NCBI GenBank assembly: GCA_905178155.1
Contig: CAJINV010000003.1
Span: 3,251,319-3,315,318, forward strand
DNA length: 64,000 bases
From: Amoebophrya sp. A120
Lineage: Eukaryota; Protista; Dinoflagellata
Reading direction: 5' to 3'
The notes beneath the pieces are model-generated. The model saw only the letters and a program-made list of their open reading frames with translations, did not search any database and was not told where the DNA came from. The position numbers and the translations under genes were made by a program. Below, piece by piece: positions 35,986 through 46,819 of the stretch; position 1 is the stretch's first letter; each line of letters opens with the position of its first letter.

Positions 35986-36886
35986 TCATAGGTTGAGCTC
36001 ATCAATGCGAGCAAACAAATCATCCTCCTCCTCGTCGTCGGACTCCTGAGCTGCGGCGCCCCCGGGACACCAGGAAACCTGGTCGAAACAGTGGAAGAGT
36101 CGCTGTTTTTTCTCCGGCACCAGTCGCGCGGAGTCCCCCTTCTTTTTGTTCGTCCTCTTCCACGACGGCGGCACGCGGCCCAACCGCTCCACTTGTCGCA
36201 GAACGGTATTCATCTCCTTCAGCACGTCCTTCTCGCTCTGATCCAGCGCCGCCCGCGCCTCTATCCGCCGCAAATCGCGAAAGATACGCCACAGATGACA
36301 ACAGAAGCAAAAAAGTGCGCCACTGGGGCAGACTGCTCTTTCGTCCTTCTTCCCGAGGCGGTACAGGTCCTTCTGCATATCCCGTTCGAGCTGGTTCAAG
36401 CAGAATGCTGAACCAGTGCCGAATTGTGCGTTTGCAGAGCTCAGGAGGCCCATCCCAAGCCGACAGTTGTTCGACATCGACCCCTGGAGTAAGCAAAAAT
36501 GAAAGGTCAAAATGCATGCGGAGAGTCAAAGTGCAACTATCAGAGCCGAGGCAGAATTCAACTATGAGAAGAGCACAACGCAGCTATCAAAGGCATGCGG
36601 AAGTCAAAAGTTCAGCATGAATAACTAACCAGAATACCTGCGTTTCCGGGCGGTTTCGCGTGTCTTTGCCGTTGTCTTTGCCGTTGTCTTTGCCGTTCCA
36701 GCGGCGCAACCCTTCCTTCAAGGCCCTTGCTTTGTGGCTCTTTTTGCACTTCTGTCCGAACCCGATCCCACCATTCCCCCCGCCGCCGCCACCACCACCA
36801 CCACCACCACCACCGCCGCCCGGGTCCTTGTCCTTCTTCCCTCTGTTTCCGCGTCGGCCCCAGTCGTTCCCGAAAGCGTGGCTCAT
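35986..36886 (-). CDS. Cargo protein (248 aa) with poly-Gly/basic N-terminus and acidic C-terminus; exons 36886-36638 and 36483-35986
   Basis: Phase-0 GT..AG intron 36637-36484 joins two ORFs in frame. Confidence 0.55.
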
Positions 36887-37097
36887 GTAGCGCGTCTCGT
36901 CCCAGATCTTTTTGCCATCGCTCCCAATCAGGAGCCCATATCAAAAGTAAAAATGCCGGGGTCTGGAAACTTGTGACGCTTGGTGGCGTCTCATGATGAG
37001 GCTACAAATGCTCTCTCAGCATGACAAGTTTCTGAGCTCCTAGGTGTTGCCTATTCTGCATGACAAACTGCGCTTCTGCATCACAGAAAAATGTTGC

Positions 37098-38290
37098 CTA
37101 TTCTGCACGACAGACATGAATTCTTCCAGACCCGGACATTGTTACGCTTGATAGCCCGGTGCCTGGATCAATTCGCGGGCCGCTGCTGCTGGAGCTACTG
37201 GAGGACCCGGCGCCATTGCTGGAAGAAGAAAACGCCCCCGCTCGCACCTGCGACTCCGCCCGCGCTGCGTACAGCTTTTCGAACTTCTCGAGCTCCTCCG
37301 CGACCGTCGTGTTCTGGGCGTTTGTCAAGCACCGCGCGATCAATCCACCACCTGCGTGGGACAAGCGGTCCTGGAACTTCCACTCGTCAAAATTTCTATG
37401 CTTCGCGTCCTCGTCCTCTCCCTGTCCTTCGTCCTTGCCCTGTCCTTTGGGACGTCTCTCCTTCGGGAACGCGCTCCGCATGATTTCTTCCCATCCGCAG
37501 GTAACTTGCACTAGCCGCGCGCTCTCGACCAACAACACGACCTGCAGGTACGGCATCGGGTAGACATAGGGGAGACATGCGGCGTACTTCATTGTGTCCT
37601 TCTCGGGATTCATTGCGTCCTTCTCGGGATGGTATCCGCGTGCCTCCAAAAATTTGCGGAAGGGCTGCAGTTCGTGCGATTCCGCGAAGATGTAATCAAG
37701 CGCCAGCGGCAAAAACGGATCAAGTAGCTTCTTGTACTGATTCTCCACCTTCGGGTCTGCATCGTCCAGATACATCAGCGCCCCCAAGACCGCACAGAGC
37801 TTGCCGGCTGTCTCTCCTCTTTCCTCGCAAACGCGGTCAAGGGCCGCGTGGAAGCGGTCGTCCCACAAGCCTCCGAGCTCATGCACCTGGTGGTTTATTT
37901 TTGTAAAAAAAAGTTGTCGCATTTTGGAAAAAATGAAAACAATGAGGTCGCTTATTGCTGCAAAATGGGGGAAAAAGCGCAAGGCTATACCTCTAATTTC
38001 CGCTTTGTGTCATTTGCGCCAGAAAACAACCCGCGCTGCTCCAGCTCCAGAATCCACGCAGGGGTCGCGTCCCGGTTGACCTCCTGCATGTATTGCAGGA
38101 CCTGCTGGAGGTTTTCCCATGTCCAGTTCTGCAAGTCGGCCGTCGACAGCTTCGCTGTCTTCTTTGCTTTCTGGGCGGAGGCGCCGGCCGCGTTTCGGGA
38201 GCTGCTGGCACTCGAGGAGGTAGTCGCCTTCCGGGAGCTGCTAGCACTCGGGGAAATAGTCGCCGAAGACGACTGCTGGCTCTTCGACAT
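37098..38290 (-). CDS. Cargo protein (362 aa), helical, unknown function; exons 38290-37991 and 37886-37098
   Basis: Phase-0 GT..AG intron 37990-37887 joins two ORFs in frame. Confidence 0.6.
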
Positions 38291-38494
38291 GGTCGCAAGT
38301 AGATAAAGGAAGTAAAGCGAAGGATGAAATGTAATCAAAGCCAAAGGAAGGAAAGCGAAGTATGAATGTAAGTTTAAAGTAAGTATCAACGAAAGAAATC
38401 AAAGAAAGTAAAGCGAAGTATGAAAGTCTTTCTAGTTCTACTCTACTCTACGGTCTTAACTTATAGCGTTCTACTTTCTAGGTCGCTGTGGTAA

Positions 38495-38980
38495 AGATCA
38501 CAAGATGATCCCTGAACATCCCTGAACCTGCGAACTGATCATGAAGGAACCTGGAACCTGCGGACTGATCATGTAGGATCCTGGAACCTGCAAACTGATC
38601 TTCCTGATTGCCCCAACGCTGTACCACCGGGGGCGCGCTGTGGTAAAATGCAGCCGGCGACTGCACGCGACGCTCGTCTGATTCATGAAGGAACCTGCGA
38701 ACTGATCTTCATGAAGGGCCAAGGATCTCTCGATCTTCCTGTGGTCGCCTAGCTCTTCCATGTGCCTAGATCTTCAAAGTGAAAAAGAAAGTGATCCCCT
38801 TGCTCCGTGGCGATCCTTCAAGTTTTGAGGATCATGGTCCTCTCGCTCAGTGGTATGAAGATCCCATGATCCTGCGATCGTGCACATCTGTTGAGCTAGC
38901 TGATAAGATCCAGCGATCGTGAACATCTGTTGAGCTAAGTGATCTGAACATCTGTTGAGCTAGCTGATCTGCGTCGGAAC
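38495..38980. repeat. GATC-rich degenerate repeat block near the right end
   Basis: 4x GAACCTGC..ACTGATC, 3x ACATCTGTTGAGCTA. Confidence 0.75.
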
Positions 38981-39626
38981 CTGTGAACTTGCAGAACAAA
39001 GCGCTTGGCGCGTCAGGATGCAGAACCGAAAGGGTTGCAGGAAACTGCGCGAAGGGTATTAATAATATGCACCGCTGTGCCACAGCTACACTATGGACGC
39101 CACTGCTCATCTACTAACACAAAAAGCCTCTGCTTCTCATTGTCTCGATGCTCACATCAGAGAGTGCCTGTCCATCATTCATTCAGTCCTTTTCTCATTC
39201 GTTTCTTCTCGCGCGCTTTTCTCATGCGTGTGTGCTGCGCCCGCCCACACCAGTACCGCTGCCGTTCCCGTCTCCCTGCGGCCGCGGGCTGCGAGTCGTC
39301 GCTGGTTTTTTTTTGGTAAATAGATTGAGAAGATCACCATGCACAAAGACAAAGAGAAAGCAGCGTGAGCATCATTTTCATAAAACGCGGAAACACAAAC
39401 AACGGATAACAAAAAATGTATAACCTGTCCAGCGCGTTGCGCACCGCTGCACTAGCTTCTTCTTCGCCGTGTTGCTGGCTTCTCAACACCTCGTGGAGAT
39501 GAGTCGTTCCCAAGCTGTCACTTCGAAGGGCTTGCTCATCATGTTGCTGGCTTCATGTAATTACCGCGCCGCTTGCATTCGCATGCGCCCCGCTCGCAGG
39601 CGGCAGAGTGTTGTTATACGCGGCCA

Positions 39627-39675
39627 ATACAATCAACTTACGCGGCCGCTAATTTAACAAGTGCTCAAGCTGTAA
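39627..39675 (-). repeat. Right terminal inverted repeat
   Basis: Reverse complement TTACAGCTTGAGCACTTGTTAAATTAGCGGCCGCGTAAGTTGATTGTAT, followed by the TSD AATTATGG at 39676-39683. Confidence 0.88.
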
Positions 39676-40870
39676 AATTATGGAATTAATGAGGAAGAAT
39701 TTTGAATCCGATCCAAATAATATTCGAAAATCAGATGAATTGAAATCCGAAAGAAATTTTTGTTGTTGGAAATTCATGAAAAGAATTTGATTTGGATTCT
39801 CATTTTCGAAGAGGAGGATGTCAACATTTCCGATCTAGAGGTGAATCAAGAAGAATAATATTTTCGATATCTAGAATTTTTTGGATTTTCATATCGAATC
39901 TCCGATATAAAATGATTCTGAATATTCCAGAGAGATTGGAAAGAATATATTTTTTTTTTCTATCTTGCAATTTTTTGTCGAGGAGGAGGATGATGATGAT
40001 CAATATTGTTAAATAAATCTATGACATATCTATAAATATCGAGGGATGGGCTATAAATTTGATGTGTTTATTTTTTTTTTATCAAATTGATATCATCAAA
40101 GAAGAAAGAAATAATTTTCAGAATCAGAATAGAAATAAATGAATCTTTTTCTGATTTTTTTTCGAATATCAATGAAGAAATACCAAATATCAATTCAAAA
40201 TGACAAATTGAATCATTCCCAGATATGAAAAGAAAGAAAGAAAATAAGAATCTCATCATGAATTTTTTTTTTGAAAATATTCATAATCCGACATCAATCC
40301 AGATCCTGGAACAGAATCAATTGATTCGAAAAGAATTTTTCCAAAATTCCGAATCCTATCCAAACTCCAATTTTCTTAATTTTCATTCTCCATTCAAATT
40401 CTTGAGATATATTTCCAAGAGATATCGAAAATTATCCTAATTTTAATTTTTGAAATTTGCAAAGATAATATAAAATTCAAAATTATCGAAGATGATTGGA
40501 TGAAATCGATAGATAATACAGATTCTCTTGATTTCATAGAGATGGAATTTCAATTTGATAAATATCAATCCGATTATATTATTATTATCGAAATCACAAT
40601 CAAGAAGAAGAACGATGCCAACAAACAAACAAACAAAACAAACAAGAAGAACGATCATTGAACACAAACATCACATGTACAAGAGACCCATTGGATCTCA
40701 ATGCATTTTCAATCCGATTATATCCGAATCCCCCAAACATTGACCAATTCCCATTTCAGAATTGATAAAGACGATATTTCATCGAGACAAAGAGAAATTG
40801 ATCAGTGGCTTATCCAATTTTATCATCATCATTGATTCTCTTGTCAAGACCTTCATCGAGAATTGAATGA
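39676..40870. other. Right part of the AT-rich island (probably a decayed repeat)
   Basis: Very low GC; C mostly in TC/CC and G mostly in GA/GG context; no credible ORF. Confidence 0.65.
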
Positions 40871-41093
40871 ATTGGTCTAGAGCCAGCTCATGACTGCATT
40901 TTTTCCACGGATGTAGTTTGCTCATCCATTATAGTAGTAAGTTAAAGTTTTTCACTCGATCGTAGTTTCAATATTATGAAGTAGGATTCTGGCCGTCGTT
41001 GTTGGTTTTCCTTTCGTGTCTCTTTCAGTCGTTTGTCGTCACAGATTGATACCCATGTGTTCAACAAAGTTGTTGCCGTGCAACCGTAAAATT

Positions 41094-44000
41094 TCACTCG
41101 TCGTCCTCGCCCGCGCCTTCTCCTTCTGAAGCGGGGTAGACGGGCCCGGTTTGGAACCACGGCACGATTTCATCTTCTTCCAACCAGCGCTCCTGGATTT
41201 TGTACCCGAGGTCGTATCCTATGTAAAATCGTCCCCACCCCATAGTTGTCATGCTAAACAAAATGCGACACACTTTGCCCCCCCATTGTACCATGGCCGC
41301 AGATGGCTTGACACGCAGGGCGGGTGGGTCAGGCGGACACCTAAGTGCCATCACCATCATCTCCCGGCCACTATATCCAACCTCATTCGCAATCACCTTA
41401 CTTTTGTCATGCTAAACAGAAGTGCGACACACTTACACTTTGCCTCCCGTGTGCAAACGGCCCCATAGTTGTCATGCTAAATTTTTTTTCAGGCTCCCGC
41501 ACCCCCTCGGGCTAGTAGGTGCGTGTTCTCGAAATCATACAACGTGTCCCCAGACAACACGGATCAGAGGCGGTTTTCCGATTTTGCATGCAAAACAGTG
41601 CTCGTTATCGAAAAACCAGAGCGCACACACAAACTACCTTCGGATCGGCTGAAGAAACTAGAGCTAGGAGGGGAGCGGGCCTCCGAAACAAATGAATATC
41701 TATCTTCTTTTTGCTCAGGCGACGGTGAAAATACAGTTGCAAAAATTTCGCACGTCAAGATCCACATGGCAACGAATCACCAGCGAATAATGCACTAGCA
41801 GCAAGAAATACCACCACTTAAAGCTCATCATGAAACAAGGAGTACGAAAACCAAAACGTGGCGGACAAATAAAAAGACTATGCGACTCCGACCGGGCAGG
41901 TCGCCTCATACAAACAATAAAATACGCATAAGCCTCGATCCCGGCCTAAGTAACCACGCGCAAGCACACTTCACCATGGCCGCAGATCGCTTGACGCGCC
42001 GGGCGGGTGGGTCAGGCGGACACCAAAGTCCCATCACCATCATCTCCCGGCCACTATATCCAACCTCATTCGCAATCACCTTACTTTTGCCCCATAGGTG
42101 TCATGCAGATTAGCAAGTACCGGAGCATTATTTGTGATGCTAAAACAACCGCGCCGACATTGCCATTGTCCATTATCGCTGGGGAAGCAAGCCTCCCCAG
42201 GCGCTGGAGCATTATTTGTGATGCGCATCTCCCAGAGAGGCACTTCCAATCGTGTTTTGGAACTTGTAATGCTGTAAACAGGATGAGGAGATGGAGTTGT
42301 TATGCGGACTCCCTTGCTAAACTGCACTACACTACAGCCTGAAACTTGTCATGTGTGACGGGCAAAACTTCTAGGTTTGTGTTGCAAAATCTCCATCTTG
42401 ACTCTGGGGTGGGGACGTTTTTGCTCATGATAGGTCGTGATGGATCCTTTCGAAGTTGATGTGGCTGCAACTGGTGGATAACGGGTCCATCTCGTAGTAT
42501 TTGTAGCTGCAATGATTCAGCGCACTCCGCAACTGGTTTTGAATTTTTTTCGTAGACAGAGGGAAACAAAGGTGGGACGACAAGAGAAACTGAAGAAAAC
42601 GTCGCCATTTGTAGTTTAAGCATGATATTAATGTCGCTCAAGATCTAGGCGGCTGCGTCCGTCCACATCATCATACCAACTTCCCATCAAGTCTAAAATG
42701 ACCCAAATTGTTGCAGTACCCATGGCAAATGATGCCCCTGTGCGCCATCGGGACGCACACCGGAATGACAACGGTCCGCCCAGTCGTATGGCGTTCTCAA
42801 ATGTTACATTCTCAACTGTTACATGATTTGTCATGCAAAATTGCAATCAGAATCGACACAATCAAGCTGCTTCGCATTACAAACTCTCGAAGAGCCCAAC
42901 AGGCTGAGAATCTGTGCGAAATCTGTCATGCAAGACGCGCAAGGTCCCCTCTTTCATTGTTGCCATTCTTGCATCACAAATCCATGTAACAGTTGAGGAT
43001 GTAACAGTTGAGAACGCCATAAGTCGGGTTCGTTCTGGATCAATGTCCATCGGTATTTGCGCACCAGGTTGCGCAGCCGATGGTTGAAGTAGGGAATGGC
43101 ATACGAGTGAAGTCGAAAGCAATCCGGCTTGGAGTGATACCTCACAGAGATTTAATACCGCCGAAAGGACATACGTGTTTGCCAGGGCAGGGTAAGGCTA
43201 CGTAGTACTTGGGTGTTGAACAAGTTTAGGTTGATTTCGGAAGATGTCAACACCAAGACCACGAGGAGTTGGCTTGTGATTTTGTCGTGATAGCGGAAAC
43301 TACAAAAACATCAAAAGCGTCACGCAGCAGCACCTTACCTTTCCTGCCTCCGGATAACCTGGTTATCAGGACAGAGCGCGACCTCTGAGATGAACATGCA
43401 CCCCGACCAGACGAGGAGAACCATTGTCAAGTGCAGCGCGGGGTACATTTGCGGATTCAGCAAGCTGGATTTTTTGTGCAGCTTGTGCGCATCAGTGATC
43501 AGAAAATTTGTGATCGTCGAATGTGCGCTCCTTTCGCGCTCTTCTTATCTTTACGAAACAAAGAAACGCGTCCGCGTGGGCGCTGGCGGGAAATAAAAAA
43601 ACATAAAAAACAACTATGATGCTATACAAGAATTTGTAGTTGTTCGTGAAACCCCAATCGATGATGAACGGATCCGTGTAAAAACCCTTCCAGAAGAATT
43701 GCTGGCACTCCTTCAACCGCATTGAATACATCGACCATGCTGTAGTGTGTTTTGTGATTCACTAAAACATGCGCAGTGTTGCGAGAGAGATACTACAGAT
43801 AGTAGATCACCACATAGTTAAGGTTAACATTGTACTTCTACTACAAGCGATGGAACCAGAGAAAGAATCGCGAAATAACAGCAATACGCCCCTTCGAGTT
43901 TTTTCCGTCCTTCAGGTAGTACTTGTAACCCGTCACGTGGTAGCCCTTCAAATCGTGGTCGTCGGGGAGCAAATCCGCGTATATGTGCCCTTCCATCATA

Positions 44001-44116
44001 CTCCCACCGGGCATCATGGCCTTGCTACCCAGTGCCGGCGCCGATCGCCGGAATAGTAGCGGACCAACGCTGGAAGTCGACGGCATGGCCGTTCGACTGG
44101 TGATCGTGCGCAACAT
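41094..44116 (-). CDS. Mitochondrial NDUFA4/B12D-like (cytochrome c oxidase accessory) protein, multi-exon, with two introner introns
   Basis: Presequence-like MLRTITSRTAMP; 'NPQMYPALHLTMVLLVWSGCMFISEVALCPDNQVIRRQER' fits the B12D/NDUFA4 pattern. Spliced continuation 'YHSKPDCFRLHSYAIPYFNHRLRNLVRKYRWTLIQNEPD|WADRCHSGVRP..LPW|LRSALN..EMDPLSTSCSHINFERIHHD|LGYKIQERW..EDDE*'. One 5' junction (~43630-43530) is unresolved. Confidence 0.55.
41215..42432. mobile_element. Introner 3 (1218 bp) with an internal ~115-bp direct repeat
   Basis: Left end TATCCTATGTAAAATCGTCCCCACCCCA vs right-end reverse complement TATCATGAGCAAAAACGTCCCCACCCCA. Direct repeat GGTCG at 41210-41214 and 42433-42437. Excision gives CAC GAC CTC GGG TAC (HDLGY) in frame. 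Internal repeat 41292-41406 / 41973-42089. Confidence 0.8.
42787..43021. mobile_element. Introner 2 (235 bp)
   Basis: ~39-bp TIR TATGGCGTTCTCAA.TGTTACAT.CTCAACTGTTACATG; direct repeat AGTCG at 42782-42786 and 43022-43026; excision gives GAA CCC GAC TGG GCG GAC (EPDWAD). Confidence 0.88.
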
Positions 44117-44826
44117 TGTGAAGAGTGTGGGACGTCGTCGCCGATAGCCGTGCCGCAAGACCGTTGTATACTGTCTCCTGGTGAGAAAATGCAGTGGAGG
44201 CACGAAGTCGGAGGTCTTGTCTACTACCTCACTATTACGGTGTTCCCCCGGAGCGCCGCAAGCGAATCAAACCCGTGCCTTGTGTTGAGCTGGCGTCCCG
44301 ACGGCCATCTTTCTAGGACCGCTGCCGCCAACCCAATCTCAGAGATGAAACAACTGAAATTCGGCATTTCCGAGAGGACGAATTCAAGTAGACGGACAAC
44401 ACTGCTTGAAAAGCATACACAGCACACTCCCACTTGTCCTCACACGGGAAGTACACGGCGCTCAGAAAAAAATTGGAGCTGAGTCCAAATCGGTCCTGTC
44501 GCTCTTGACGATGAGAAACCATGGTTATTCTTCCTCTCATCTCGTCAAACCGGCAAACCGCATCTAGGAGAGTAGAGAGCGAAAAAACAACGATCATGCG
44601 CACTTTTGTCTATTAACAAACACTGTGCGTCGGCGCAACTAGTCGAACTAAGACGCAGCAGCGTATCTGCGGTGTGGTCAACAGACCTCGGTCAAATGTT
44701 AGGGAATTTCGGTCGCGTACAAACTACTTGTGCGTAGAAAGCATGATAAAAGCACAAAGGAATTTCGGTCGCGTACAGGCTTGACTTCTGCGTACAAACA
44801 TCACCACATCTAACAACGGTCTGACT

Positions 44827-46281
44827 CTAAGCGCCAGCTTCCGTTTGTCGTAGAAAGCGGGCGGACAAACACTGGTGGAATACCTCTCGCCACTCGTTCT
44901 CGGTTGCGCAGTCCAGTTTAGATGAAGACTCCTCGATATTTTTCGTGGTTCTCGCCTCTTCCATGGCAGCTTTCATGGCCAGCATTCGCAGCACAGTGTC
45001 GATGTTGAGAATTTTCGCGGCGCCTTTGGGTGCGAACTCGCGGAGCGGAAGGCGTTTTCTGCTATGCACGGCTTTTTCGACGTGCTTTTCCATGCTTTGG
45101 TTCAGCGATTGGTTTTTCCGCACGGTGCGGTCTACAGACCCACCAACGACGAAAACGATATTTTCATCGAAGTTAGTTGCTGTAGTCCCGTTCATTTCTT
45201 CATCTTCCGTGCGGCTCTTGTGAGGGCCAGAAAAAACGTCAAGCAACGGCTCTTCCGCGTCGGGTGAAAGTATTATGACACGTTCAAACGCGTCCCAATA
45301 CGGCTCTGGCTGCAGGTGCAATTTCCACTTGTGCAGGGCCAATGAGCGCAGCAACGGCGCCAAGCGTCTGCCCTCATAGCTCGCGATACTGTTGTCCTTG
45401 ATTAGAGGCGCCGATGCTTTCAGAGTCGATGAACTGCACGAGGACGGGGGCGCAGGGCGCGTTTCGATGTCTTTGTGCTGCTCTTCGCCTCCTGCATCAC
45501 ACGATGGGTTTTGAATGTGATTCGTCTTCGCTCCATACATGAGGACTTCCCTGAGCGTCTCCTCCAATGCGTCCTCCGAGCCCTGCTCAGCCACTGCATC
45601 GTCTACCACGCCGTTGGCCTTCACACCAGCGCTTTCATCGAACTTTCGGACCGCAGTCCAGGCGGCTGCCAGCGGGTTGGTAGCCGCGTCAAAAGACGTG
45701 AGGTGGAGCTGGAAGGGTTCTTCGACGGTCTTCAGGACGCCGTAAGAGAGCTCGATCTGCTTGCGCAGCGAAACCAGCTCTTTGAAGTTCATGTCCGCGC
45801 AAAAGCTGCAGTTGATCGCCAACTTTAGTCTTCCATTGACAACCGCGCTTTCCAGTTTCGCAAGTTTTTCCTCCGTCGGTGCCGATTGGTTTCCGGCTTT
45901 CCGCGCGCACGTTGGTTTCGTACTGAAGATGGTCTTGCCGCTGTTTTTCTCGTTTCCATCCTGTGCAGCGGCGGAGGAGCTCGCGCTGTGCGCTTCATTC
46001 GTGTCCTGATCTGCGCATGACGACCTGGTTTTTGCTGTAGCATCATTTTTCGTTCCTTCGTTGCGTTTCCTCCGGCGTTCTGCTCTAGATTCGCCCTCCC
46101 GCTGTCGCTTCAGCCATTTTTTCTGCGACCGAGGTAGACCGGGCGCCCTGCGGGGCGGGACAGAAGCATTGACATCGACGTCGCCTGGGACGGGAGCAAC
46201 TACTTCTGCTTCATCGCCGCACGGGAGGGCGTGCACCGGGTTACTTGTGGTCTGCGCTGCCGCTGTCGTTGACGCTGCCAT
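44827..46281 (-). CDS. TRM10: tRNA (guanine9-N1) methyltransferase, Trm10/TRMT10 family
   Basis: SPOUT Trm10 motifs: 'INCSF..MNFKELVSLRKQI..SY', 'ILSPDAEEPL', 'FVVGGSVDR', 'RLPL..KILNIDTV', 'WREVF'. Confidence 0.85.
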   Translation of the reverse strand: MAASTTAAAQTTSNPVHALPCGDEAEVVAPVPGDVDVNASVPPRRAPGLPRSQKKWLKRQREGESRAERRRKRNEGTKNDATAKTRSSCADQDTNEAHSASSSAAAQDGNEKNSGKTIFSTKPTCARKAGNQSAPTEEKLAKLESAVVNGRLKLAINCSFCADMNFKELVSLRKQIELSYGVLKTVEEPFQLHLTSFDAATNPLAAAWTAVRKFDESAGVKANGVVDDAVAEQGSEDALEETLREVLMYGAKTNHIQNPSCDAGGEEQHKDIETRPAPPSSCSSSTLKASAPLIKDNSIASYEGRRLAPLLRSLALHKWKLHLQPEPYWDAFERVIILSPDAEEPLLDVFSGPHKSRTEDEEMNGTTATNFDENIVFVVGGSVDRTVRKNQSLNQSMEKHVEKAVHSRKRLPLREFAPKGAAKILNIDTVLRMLAMKAAMEEARTTKNIEESSSKLDCATENEWREVFHQCLSARFLRQTEAGA

Positions 46282-46819
46282 GTTATGATGCTTGTCTGAT
46301 GTATACCTACGGGCAATACTGGGGTTGCGGAATTTAATCTTCAGTTTCAATCACGAATGGAGACTCATGTGTGAGTATTCATATTGTGTTAAGAAAATGT
46401 ACTTACACTTAGCTCGTCCTTGTCGTAGTCGCTGTAGAAATCAAAAACAATCGGAGAAATACTTTCTTTCACTGCCGAATCAGAATCACATTTCAGATCC
46501 ACTTGTTGATCGTGATTTGCGGGGTCGAGACAGGAGCTCAGGATACGCGGACAAAATCCGAATTTCTTGATAGATCTTTTTCCATGAAATGATCCAGTAG
46601 ATTTTGTCTGAAGTTACCATTTGACTTTGAACCGAATTTCATCTTAGGCTGCAGCGGAAGTGCGCGTTTAGGTTTATGTTTTCGTACTAGTTCAATACGA
46701 ATTACGGCTGAAATTGCGTGACTCATCATCTGCGTTGCTCTGAGGTGCACCTGGGCGGGGCGACAGAAAGTTCGGATGATTGTTCGTCCTGCAGAATTCT
46801 AGAATCCCTTTTTCATGCT

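Larger units (their letters stand above)
12149..39675 (-). mobile_element. Giant (27,527 bp) cargo-carrying cut-and-paste DNA transposon
   Basis: 49-bp TIRs match 39/49 with the first 14 bp perfect (TTACAGCTTGAGCA). Perfect 8-bp TSD AATTATGG at 12141-12148 and 39676-39683. GC-rich interior flanked by matching AT-rich DNA; internal DDE-like transposase. Confidence 0.85.

Noticed and set aside
12149-39675. Maverick/Polinton, endogenous virus or Starship identity
   Set aside because: No recognisable protein-primed polB, rve integrase, packaging ATPase, capsid or tyrosine recombinase; the TSD is 8 bp rather than 6 and the TIRs are short.
39792-40743. Short I/F/K-rich ORFs in the AT island
   Set aside because: Compositional artefacts with no motif or consistent frame.
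41215-41396. 5' part of ORF 41094-41396 (MIANEVGYSG...) as a real N-terminus
   Set aside because: It lies inside introner 3 and is duplicated there; only the part from about 41210 down to 41094 is exonic.
9317-43021. Introners mobilised by the giant element's transposase
   Set aside because: Different termini (TA.. vs TTACAGC..) and TSD length (5 vs 8 bp); no TIR similarity seen.
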